Virus record (IMG/VR): IMGVR_UViG_3300007760_001422
Coordinates: 67,446-131,445 of that record
Reading direction: 5' to 3' (one strand)
Length of the DNA stretch: 64,000 nucleotides
Source: a virus
Part shown: piece after piece, positions 56,359 through 64,000 of the stretch
Numbering within the stretch: position 1 is the first letter of the stretch
Layout: every line of letters starts with the position of its first letter
Notes under the pieces: generated by a model
What the model saw: the letters and a program-made list of their open reading frames with translations, nothing else
Told to the model about the DNA's origin: nothing
Database searches by the model: none
Translations under genes and position numbers: made by a program

Positions 56359-58736
56359 GAAGCCTCTCCTTGAGAATTAACGTTATGTAGTAAATAGTTT
56401 AATACTTCATCAATTAACTCTTCATTTTCGCCATCTTCTCTAATTAGTGTATCTTTTTTATTATTTTTTTTGCCATGTGCGCCCTCTACACTCCCTGCGG
56501 CCATGGCAGAAATTTCTTCGATCTCTTCAGCATCTTCATTAACAACCTCTTGATCGATTTTGTTTTTAATTTTTTTGGTAATCGTTACTTCCTGATCGAC
56601 CTTGTTTTTAAACTTTTTAGCATTAGAAACATCGACGCCAGTACTGCTTGTCTTCTTTTTCTTTTTCTTGTTGTTCCATTCTCCGGTGGGGGCCTCATCG
56701 CGCATGCCAACGCGCGGTTCAACAGTGGCCTCTTCTTGTAATGCTTCTTCAATTATCCGCAGAAATATGCTCGCATAATGCGTATTCTCCTTGAGAGAAC
56801 CATTGAGTTCTTTTAAAACGGCTTCTGGATCCACACCAGCTGGTATAAAATCCTTAAACATAAGTTCAGCAATATCATTAGACGCTGCAACCGCTGCCAA
56901 GTATCTCATGTCCCCTGCATGTAAATCTCGCGGATCTTTTTTCGAATCCAAGACGCTGGGCAAGTTGCTTTTTATCTCTTCGTTCGAATTCAACAATTGC
57001 ATGTATTCTATGCTGTGTTTAGCTTCTACAGGCGCTACATATAACATTGGATCTAAAATGTTAACATCCTCGCGAGCATACTTTTCCACATTGCCGGCAA
57101 ATCTTTTAATGTCACCACCTTTCGCACTAGCTCCCAAGATAATATTGGCATTTTTTGGCGCCAATTCGCTAGCATATACATATGCAGCCTCTACCGGTGA
57201 AGCGGTCGGGGATTTTTTTGCTATACCGGGCTTGTATAGATCCCAAATGTTTTGTGATTGTTTATAGGTAACTTCTGCTTGCTGTTGTTTTCTAGAGATT
57301 GGAGATATATATACAACAACTTCATCAACTTCTGGTATATTTGAATAGTGCTCAATCATATCTAGATGACCCCGATGTGGCGGCTTGAACGCTCCGGGCA
57401 ATATTACAATTGTGGGACCGCGCAATTCATCAACATCTACGTCGCTCTCAATCTCTTTTATTGTGTCGGCCTCTGCTTTATCCTCTGAATTTGTTGCAAT
57501 TGGGGCGCCTTTTCTTCCATATCTGAACAATCCTAGGATTTGATTAATTGGCGCGAAATTCCCAGTAAATTTGTACATAGTATCGCCATATTGAAAAACA
57601 AAACCCTCAACAACTGTCGTTACGTTATCGTGATTTTTAAGCTTTTCTAATTGTCGTACTAAAATTTTATGTGCTTCTTCTTTGTCCGGACCATCATATT
57701 TTTGAATTTCTAGAATTGCTCTTTCCACCTCTTTCTTCAATCGCTCTAGTTCTTTATCATTGTTTAGTACATAGGCACTCTTAAGGCCCTTTAGAAGTTC
57801 AACCGCGAATTCATGAATTGCTATTTCAATAGGCCACATAATGTCCTGTATATAATTTTTTCCAGAGTTAACAAAGCGTTTGATTTCATTTTTAACTTCT
57901 GCGGGATACCCTTTATAAATTTGAGTAAGAGATTTATATTGACTTTTACCTTCTGAATCTTTTTTTTGTAGGATTCTATCGACAACTTCTTGTTTTATGG
58001 CTCCATCTAAAAATGCCAACTTTTCTTCAGCGATTTTCAATAAATGATTATTTAAAAATTCTTCTATGGTCATATTTCCGGCAAAACCGGTTTTTTGTAT
58101 TTTCTGAAGGGCGATGTTTAAATCATAGTCATCACCTAAACGATTTAATTCTAAAAAAGCAGTTCTTCGAAGGGAAAAATCATGTTCTTGCGTTGCCTCT
58201 TCGAAGCGGCTAATTGCGCTGTCAAGAAATTTAGCAGCTTTGTGTGATTCTTCTGTAGATATCACCTCCAACTTATTGGTCTCTGGTATATATCTTTTGT
58301 GGCCGCTGTGATGTATTGATATCACGTTGGCATCATAATTGATCACATTTCCGGCGCCGGGCCCTTGAATTTCTGCGTTGTAAAAGATTGTTCCTTGTGG
58401 ATCAAATATGATATTTTTCTCTTCTTCGCTTAGACTGCCGATGGCGGCCTCATAGGCCTGAAAGGCTTTTAAATATATTTCTTTTACTCTAGTACCACCT
58501 TGAAACTCTCTATTGACCAAATCTTTAAAGGTCATTCCTCCGCGAGACATGTCACCCTTATTGCGGGCTGCTCGGGGTTGGCCACCAACATATCCAAGAT
58601 ATATATTATAGCCATCTGTTTTTTCTGTGCCAATCAGTTCTCCGCTTGAAGCCGACTTGAGGATTTTTTTAATCTTATTAAAGGTCAAAGATCGATCATC
58701 ATACAGATGATTCAAATGTCCAGCTACACCACCCAC
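56349..58736 (-). CDS. Fusion of a ligase-like (KxDG) nucleotidyltransferase domain and a HIGH-type cytidylyltransferase domain
   Basis: GHLNHLYD...TEKTDG...NAEI...VEGFVF...YKFTG (covalent nucleotidyltransferase motifs I, III, IV, V), then PGAFKPPHRGH (HxGH). GTG start. Confidence 0.7.
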   Translation of the reverse strand: MGGVAGHLNHLYDDRSLTFNKIKKILKSASSGELIGTEKTDGYNIYLGYVGGQPRAARNKGDMSRGGMTFKDLVNREFQGGTRVKEIYLKAFQAYEAAIGSLSEEEKNIIFDPQGTIFYNAEIQGPGAGNVINYDANVISIHHSGHKRYIPETNKLEVISTEESHKAAKFLDSAISRFEEATQEHDFSLRRTAFLELNRLGDDYDLNIALQKIQKTGFAGNMTIEEFLNNHLLKIAEEKLAFLDGAIKQEVVDRILQKKDSEGKSQYKSLTQIYKGYPAEVKNEIKRFVNSGKNYIQDIMWPIEIAIHEFAVELLKGLKSAYVLNNDKELERLKKEVERAILEIQKYDGPDKEEAHKILVRQLEKLKNHDNVTTVVEGFVFQYGDTMYKFTGNFAPINQILGLFRYGRKGAPIATNSEDKAEADTIKEIESDVDVDELRGPTIVILPGAFKPPHRGHLDMIEHYSNIPEVDEVVVYISPISRKQQQAEVTYKQSQNIWDLYKPGIAKKSPTASPVEAAYVYASELAPKNANIILGASAKGGDIKRFAGNVEKYAREDVNILDPMLYVAPVEAKHSIEYMQLLNSNEEIKSNLPSVLDSKKDPRDLHAGDMRYLAAVAASNDIAELMFKDFIPAGVDPEAVLKELNGSLKENTHYASIFLRIIEEALQEEATVEPRVGMRDEAPTGEWNNKKKKKKTSSTGVDVSNAKKFKNKVDQEVTITKKIKNKIDQEVVNEDAEEIEEISAMAAGSVEGAHGKKNNKKDTLIREDGENEELIDEVLNYLLHNVNSQGEASCN
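56545..56618. repeat. Imperfect 42-nt tandem duplication within the CDS (KKFKNKVDQEV / KKIKNKIDQEV)
   Basis: acctcttgatcgattttgtttttaatttttt versus acttcctgatcgaccttgtttttaaacttttt. Confidence 0.7.
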
Positions 58737-58984
58737 TATTTGCCCTCTTCTAAAATTTTAACTTGTTCTTCTAGAACTAAAACCCTTTCTTCTAATTTTC
58801 TTGTCAACTTTTTTATTTCACGCAAGTGCTGCTTTGCAATTGAAATTCTACCAAAATCAGAATTTGTTCTTGTTTTGATGCTATTCAGCACCTCTCCAAG
58901 CAATTGAATATAGTTTTTTACGGTGGGGCCCTGTTGAGCCTCTCCTAGTAAAAAACGTTTAGTTATTTCATCGTAATCTATCAT
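58736..58984 (-). CDS. Small coiled-coil hypothetical protein
   Basis: 82-aa ORF with heptads LEERVLVLEEQVKILEE. Confidence 0.65.
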   Translation of the reverse strand: MIDYDEITKRFLLGEAQQGPTVKNYIQLLGEVLNSIKTRTNSDFGRISIAKQHLREIKKLTRKLEERVLVLEEQVKILEEGK

Positions 58985-58998
58985 TATAAAATTCTTTA

Positions 58999-59175
58999 TT
59001 ATTCTTTTTCGGTTTTGTCTTTTTTGCTATTAAAAATATTAAATTTTGCTTTCTTTGGCGCCTCTTTCTTGGCGGGTTCTTTCTTCTTGGGCGGCGCCGC
59101 AGCTGCAGCTGCCTCTGTGGGCTTGACTTCCCATTCTCCTAAACCAACTTTTCTCATACGTCGTTTTCTAGCCAT
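58999..59175 (-). CDS. Small Lys/Ala/Pro-rich basic protein (58 aa), below the ORF track cut-off
   Basis: MARKRRMRKVGLGEWEVKPTEAAAAAAPPKKKEPAKKEAPKKAKFNIFNSKKDKTEKE*; AAGGAGA SD; fills the gap between its neighbours. Confidence 0.7.
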   Translation of the reverse strand: MARKRRMRKVGLGEWEVKPTEAAAAAAPPKKKEPAKKEAPKKAKFNIFNSKKDKTEKE

Positions 59176-59213
59176 TGTAAATGTCTCCTTTCTAATAAGT
59201 AGTTATTCTAACT

Positions 59214-59585
59214 TCATTTAGGCCTAGCCTTGGAGATTTCTCCATAAACTATTTGCTTTTTATTATTATTCTTTTTGTGTTGTTTTAAACGATACTTGGT
59301 TTTTGTCTCATCAAAAAGTAATGTTGAATTTTCACCCCATTGTTCTTTCTCTAACAGCGCTTTAAGTTTCGACTCGGAAATATTTATTGTTTTAATACCA
59401 ATATCTTCTAAAGTATAGCCGTGGGCCCACATTAAATCTTCTAGGATGTTGTGTTCTTTTAAAAGATCGGCTATCTCCTCTGCCGGCAAACACCAGTCGG
59501 GAGAAAAAAACATTACCTGCCCGGGCCAAAAGGGGCCGACCGTGCCTTTTGGTCCATTAAAATAATAAACTTTATATTGTAACAT
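59214..59585 (-). CDS. Hypothetical protein
   Basis: 123-aa ORF with AAGGA SD. Confidence 0.6.
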   Translation of the reverse strand: MLQYKVYYFNGPKGTVGPFWPGQVMFFSPDWCLPAEEIADLLKEHNILEDLMWAHGYTLEDIGIKTINISESKLKALLEKEQWGENSTLLFDETKTKYRLKQHKKNNNKKQIVYGEISKARPK

Positions 59586-59596
59586 ATTAAATTCCT

Positions 59597-60955
59597 TTAT
59601 TTCTCTTTCGACATATCACTGGGATCGTTACCTTTTGACGAAACCACGTACGCTTTTTCATGGCCTCTTAAATTTTTAATGGTTCGAACACCTAATGAAA
59701 AAGGTATTTGTTCAACAGGATTATGATTGGGCATATTTTCAGAATTTTTAGTGATATATTGTTTTGAATATTCATTGTAATTGTCGATAATCCACCCATG
59801 AGAACCAGCATCGAAATTATGATAACCCCCACCAGCATCAGCGACTCGGATAACTTCCTCCGCCTCTTCTACCGGCCCCCATAACGGAGGCGCTGATGGC
59901 GTTGCAAAATCATAAGCCCCAACCGCAGGAGGGTTGGCTCTAGTTGTACCGGCGTAATCTGTTGTAATACCGGCAATTGCTAATCCTATGCCCTTAAGAG
60001 GGCTAGAACAATCTGCTGCGGAAGCAGCATCTTCGCACCATTTAAAATCTGTAGCTATCGGAGTCGAAGGGTGATCATCCAAACTCTCAAATAAAGCTGA
60101 ATTGTTTCCACTAGTAACTGACACATTGCTTGAAGTGTTTCCCGAACGAACTGCGGCGGTGCCCCAACTTCCGGAAGTCCAACAATTAGATACAAGACCG
60201 GCGCTGGCGCCGGTGTCGATTCCATATGATGGGTTTGAGTTTGCGCGGTTTTTAACAGCAACACAATTCTTTACTGTGCCGTTTGTTATTTTTATGATAG
60301 CGGTTGTAGAAGATAAGTCTGCCATCTTATGGTTAATAACGGCAGTACAGAAAGAGGCCGATGCATAATCACCGTATTGCGCATAAAAAATAGCATTACC
60401 AGTCCTAGTATTAACACCAATACAATTTTCGGCATTGATAAAAGTTTTTCCATATCCGCCTAGATAATAATCAGTATTACCAGAACCAGATACAAAACAA
60501 GATTCAACAGTTTTTCTATTATCTTCACTATCAGCTAGCGCAATGATGCCCGGTGAATTGACAACGGTACCACAACTTAATACGGTACAATAATTAATAT
60601 CCGCCCCGGGCCCCCAGAGCACCTCTATACCGGCATAACCGCAACCAACAACTTCGAAACCTTGAATTGTTAACTCGGTACCACCGTCCGCACCTCCAAG
60701 ATTTAATAATTTTATACCTTTTCTACTGGAGCTTCCTTTAATAACGGGGTGGGTTGTGTGACTACCAGAGGTTATTGGGCCTGTTATTTTTGCACCAGAC
60801 CCATCAAACCCAAAGAGATTTGCTCTTACATTAAGATTAACTTGTTCTTGATAAACGCCCGGATATACATGAATATCATCGCCATGGCTAGCCGCGCTGA
60901 CCGCGGCCCCGATTGTTGCGTGAGTTTTTCCTGATCCTACTGTTATAGTTGCCAT
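59597..60955 (-). CDS. Right-handed beta-helix (pectate-lyase/tailspike-like) protein
   Basis: TIGAAVSAASHGDDIHVYPGVYQEQV cap, repeated I/V-x-N-C rungs, SPLKGIG...TDYAGTTR...AVGAYD C-terminal motif. Confidence 0.75.
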   Translation of the reverse strand: MATITVGSGKTHATIGAAVSAASHGDDIHVYPGVYQEQVNLNVRANLFGFDGSGAKITGPITSGSHTTHPVIKGSSSRKGIKLLNLGGADGGTELTIQGFEVVGCGYAGIEVLWGPGADINYCTVLSCGTVVNSPGIIALADSEDNRKTVESCFVSGSGNTDYYLGGYGKTFINAENCIGVNTRTGNAIFYAQYGDYASASFCTAVINHKMADLSSTTAIIKITNGTVKNCVAVKNRANSNPSYGIDTGASAGLVSNCWTSGSWGTAAVRSGNTSSNVSVTSGNNSALFESLDDHPSTPIATDFKWCEDAASAADCSSPLKGIGLAIAGITTDYAGTTRANPPAVGAYDFATPSAPPLWGPVEEAEEVIRVADAGGGYHNFDAGSHGWIIDNYNEYSKQYITKNSENMPNHNPVEQIPFSLGVRTIKNLRGHEKAYVVSSKGNDPSDMSKEK

Positions 60956-60971
60956 AAGTTGTTTCCATTAT

Positions 60972-62231
60972 TTACTTGGTCCACTTGCGCTTAAGTGATT
61001 CATAAACAGAACTGTTCCACCATTCACTCAAATTTTGCTTATCTCTTCCTTCACGAGTTGTAGCTACCTCGTGCTGATCGTCTCGTTTATAGGGTGCATA
61101 GTCAAAATCCGACTCTTCGGGATATGGCATGTCAGGAATCTGCTGATCAAGTTCGAAGTTTGACCCCCCGTCATCGGCCGATATCGGCTCTAAAACATTC
61201 GTCGGGAGTTCATCGACGCCCGGGATCTCTGGCCCTGCGAATTCGACATCAGTGTCATCCACGGGCAATTCTTCAGAGTAAGATGAGTCGTGCATATATG
61301 GTTCTGTTTCATCCACTCCTTCAATATCTTCAACAGGTGTCTCTTCTAATTTACTTTGGCTGGGATTGGCGAGTTGTTGCAAAATTTGTTTTGCCTCTTC
61401 TTCAGAAAATCCGCTTTGAACCAATTTTTCCATTTCGCTTTTAGCGGTAATATTTTCACCCTGCTCTTCTGCCAATTTATTAAAATTGTTATATATTTCT
61501 TCTTCTTTTAAAAAGTTTGTTATCGTCTCTTGAATACTTTTTTTCAATTGATTCATTTCGTATACTTCTTTCTTTTCTCCCTCGTGCTCCTCTCTGTTGT
61601 CTGCACTTTGTGGGGGCACTTGACCCATTTCATCCTCGGTTTCTTCAGTTTCCTCATCAGTGTATTCATCTGATTCTAATTCGCTGAACCAATCGCCGGC
61701 ATGATGGTTAGGCCCTCCCTCTACTAAATTAAATCTTTTCATAACTTTTTTAAATATTAAATTATTTTTCCATTCCTGAAGTGACATATCACCATTTCTC
61801 CTATCGTTATAATTAGTCGTTTTCACATTATCTTCCCAATCGCGAAAGCATAAATTTCCTTTTTCATATGCTTCTCTTTCCATTTCTCTTAAAAAATCGT
61901 CTTTTTGGGCATATCCTTCTTCTGTTTTTATTTCTCTTCCACCAAAATCACCCCTTAAATTTTGTGAATGATGCACCAGTTCATGAGATATAGATCTTAA
62001 AATATCTTTTACATGTCTTCCATCAACATAAACCACTATGTTATGATTTGTTGGATCATAATATGCTGTTTTTCCCAAGGGATTTTGTGCATTTTCTTGA
62101 TTTGAATTAAAATTTATGACTGGTGGCTTGTGAAAACCCATCCTCTCTTGTGCAAAAGGGAGAAAACTCTTAAGTAAAGAAATTAGTTCCGGTAGTTCCC
62201 TGTTCGAATTATTTTTAATGTCGCATTGCAT
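60972..62231 (-). CDS. Zincin-like N-terminal domain (HExxH) with acidic low-complexity C-terminus
   Basis: GKTAYYDP...DILRSISHELVHHSQ...MEREAY. Confidence 0.7.
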   Translation of the reverse strand: MQCDIKNNSNRELPELISLLKSFLPFAQERMGFHKPPVINFNSNQENAQNPLGKTAYYDPTNHNIVVYVDGRHVKDILRSISHELVHHSQNLRGDFGGREIKTEEGYAQKDDFLREMEREAYEKGNLCFRDWEDNVKTTNYNDRRNGDMSLQEWKNNLIFKKVMKRFNLVEGGPNHHAGDWFSELESDEYTDEETEETEDEMGQVPPQSADNREEHEGEKKEVYEMNQLKKSIQETITNFLKEEEIYNNFNKLAEEQGENITAKSEMEKLVQSGFSEEEAKQILQQLANPSQSKLEETPVEDIEGVDETEPYMHDSSYSEELPVDDTDVEFAGPEIPGVDELPTNVLEPISADDGGSNFELDQQIPDMPYPEESDFDYAPYKRDDQHEVATTREGRDKQNLSEWWNSSVYESLKRKWTK

Positions 62232-63691
62232 TATTTGCGGCGCCTACGGCTCTGTCCTTTTTTAAGTCGAGCCTCTGCATCGCCGGTCATGACTAGCCCA
62301 TAATTTTGCAGCTGTCTGACTATCCTGCTGGTGCGCTTTTCGTCCCCTCGAACAAAGTTTTTAAGGTGCTTGTTAATAATTGCAGTTGCGTCATCTTTCG
62401 TAAGCTTCTTTTTTCTTGCTAAAAACGTTTCTAAAGCATCATCAACCATATTTCTTAACTCTTTACTGTTTTGAAGGCCTTTAACCTTTGCAGTGCGACC
62501 GATATCGGTCAATACTGAACCATCTACCGTGAAATATGGATCAACTTTCTTGGCGCCCTTCTTTAATTGGTTAACCATGTTTGTATAAGTCATGTTTAAC
62601 GGCTTTTTCTGCGTCCTTTGGGTACCGGGGCCATTTGGAGAGGAAAACTGCTTGTGTAGGCCATCAGAAGACGGCTCTGTGTTCCTTCCGGTGACTCCTT
62701 GATCTTGGGCTCGCGAGAAGCGATCCTTTGCTAATTTTTGCGATCCGTATTTTGGCGTAATCCGTATAACCTTAAGCCCATCATCATCTAATCGCCCTAG
62801 AGAAACAGCAGTTGTAGCGGCGCCTGATTTTTTTATCACATCGGTAGCTTTTGCAGCAGTACCTCCTCCATCGGCCAATTGCTGGAACAAGTTGTTTGTT
62901 TGGCTCTGATCTAAATTATTGTTGTTAATAAATTGATTTAAATTAGTAACATCAATTCCTTGAGATTGTGCTTGTCTTGCGCCTTGTACAACAATATTAG
63001 GACTAACTGTAATATTATTTTCTTGTTTCATTGCTGCTATTAATGCGATTATGTCTTTCATCGATGCTCCACCGCCGGCAGGTTCGCCTTCGCCCTTGTC
63101 AGCGGCCTTTTCTACGTCAGTGGGCGGTTTTTTATCTATGGGGCCGCCGCCCTTACCAATTAATTGTAAAAAATCAAAAGGTCTTTTAGTTTTAATAACC
63201 TTTAATACAAATAAATCATTTCTTATATCTTTATTGTACCCCATTCTGTTTGCCCACTGATTGTAGCTGGCAATTTCTTTATCAGATGGTATTCTGGAAG
63301 AAAAATCTGGTCTTTCTCCAGCAGCAAAGCCATGTTGTGGATCTTTTGGATCCAATTGTCCCGCTTGTTGATATTTTTGAATTGTCCCTTTGATATCCGC
63401 AGCAGTAACAAATTGACTCCTGTCGTTTGCGGCAATTGCCTCGCCCTTTGGTGGTAATCCGGGCATCGATGCTGTATCACTATCACTATCTGCACCGGCC
63501 TCATCTGCCGAGACTCCAGTGTCTCCGCTGGCTGACTTTGCAAAAGAACCTTTAAAAGCATCCGCTGGGTGTGGGCCTCCAACCTCACCAGTTGTACTCG
63601 GAACATCTTTTCTTTTCAATTTATCTTGTTCGGAGATAACTTTGCTTACTATGTTTGTTAATTGTTCTTTTGTAATGTTCATATTGGTCAC
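62231..63691 (-). CDS. Hypothetical low-complexity protein, probably virion/head-associated
   Basis: 486-aa ORF with GAGGG SD and an upstream CTATTTA motif; N-terminus ITKEQLTNIVSKVISEQ. Confidence 0.65.
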   Translation of the reverse strand: MTNMNITKEQLTNIVSKVISEQDKLKRKDVPSTTGEVGGPHPADAFKGSFAKSASGDTGVSADEAGADSDSDTASMPGLPPKGEAIAANDRSQFVTAADIKGTIQKYQQAGQLDPKDPQHGFAAGERPDFSSRIPSDKEIASYNQWANRMGYNKDIRNDLFVLKVIKTKRPFDFLQLIGKGGGPIDKKPPTDVEKAADKGEGEPAGGGASMKDIIALIAAMKQENNITVSPNIVVQGARQAQSQGIDVTNLNQFINNNNLDQSQTNNLFQQLADGGGTAAKATDVIKKSGAATTAVSLGRLDDDGLKVIRITPKYGSQKLAKDRFSRAQDQGVTGRNTEPSSDGLHKQFSSPNGPGTQRTQKKPLNMTYTNMVNQLKKGAKKVDPYFTVDGSVLTDIGRTAKVKGLQNSKELRNMVDDALETFLARKKKLTKDDATAIINKHLKNFVRGDEKRTSRIVRQLQNYGLVMTGDAEARLKKGQSRRRRK

Positions 63692-63766
63692 AATTCCCTC
63701 GTTGTGATAATAAATAGTATAAATTTTAGCTTTATGCCACTATGGCTTAAAATTCAAATGGGAGTT

Positions 63767-64000
63767 TCATTTATAGGTTTTCCTAAATATTTCTGCGCCA
63801 ACGACACCATAATCGCTAGGACCATACTCTACTAAATAGTCGCCAGTTTCACCTTGTAATAGATCTTCTGACCAAGACACTTTCACTTGAAACGGTTCAG
63901 CCATTTCTTTAGCAAATACAGGGATATTCTTTTTAGCGGCTAATCCCGGCTCAAGAACATCATAAGTTTCTGCAAACTTTTCTGCGGGTATTGGCCAGTT
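63767..64000 (-). CDS. PGDYG-like domain protein, 3' fragment (5' end beyond the window)
   Basis: Manual translation: NWPIPAEKFAETYD...VFAKEMAEPFQVKVSWSEDLLQGETGDYLVEYGPSDYGVVGAEIFRKTYK*. Confidence 0.65.
   Translation of the reverse strand, partial: NWPIPAEKFAETYDVLEPGLAAKKNIPVFAKEMAEPFQVKVSWSEDLLQGETGDYLVEYGPSDYGVVGAEIFRKTYK

Noticed and set aside
1-64000. Stop-codon reassignment, introns/inteins, DGR or IS elements
   Set aside because: Genes are full length in the standard code and TAA, TAG and TGA all serve as stops. I saw no reverse transcriptase, transposase, homing endonuclease or intein motifs.

Overview
This 64-kb window reads as part of a large (jumbo-type) contractile-tailed bacteriophage genome rather than a cellular chromosome. 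Genes are densely packed and all but one lie on the minus strand. (1) 1-21.7 kb is a baseplate/tail module: a >1867-aa LamG/wedge protein missed by the ORF track, a gp6/J-like wedge, a gp25-like protein, a 2334-aa unknown, an HxH spike, and a 1313-aa OB-fold + SGNH esterase + lytic transglycosylase protein. (2) 21.7-23.4 kb holds a gp55-like sigma factor and small genes. (3) 23.4-47.2 kb is a ~24-kb, 27-gene glycan cluster: Gmd/Fcl/ColD/perosamine-type enzymes, WecB, Ugd, NeuB/NeuA, a GT29 sialyltransferase-like protein, methyltransferases and GT2/GT4/GT47-like transferases. It has no flippase, polymerase, ABC exporter or initiating phosphoglycosyltransferase. (4) 47.2-55.5 kb carries host-takeover genes: a Cas4/RecB-like nuclease, PIN-PhoH, a lipoprotein trypsin-like protease, archaeal-type GAPDH, peptide deformylase, DoxX, a long tmRNA and a Fis-like HTH. 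(5) 55.5-64 kb holds probable head/virion-associated genes: a ligase-like + HIGH nucleotidyltransferase fusion, a beta-helix protein, a zincin and a PGDYG-like fragment. The best candidate for a new system is the export-less phage glycan / nonulosonic-acid + GT29 pathway. All assignments come from motif reading by eye; no searches were run.
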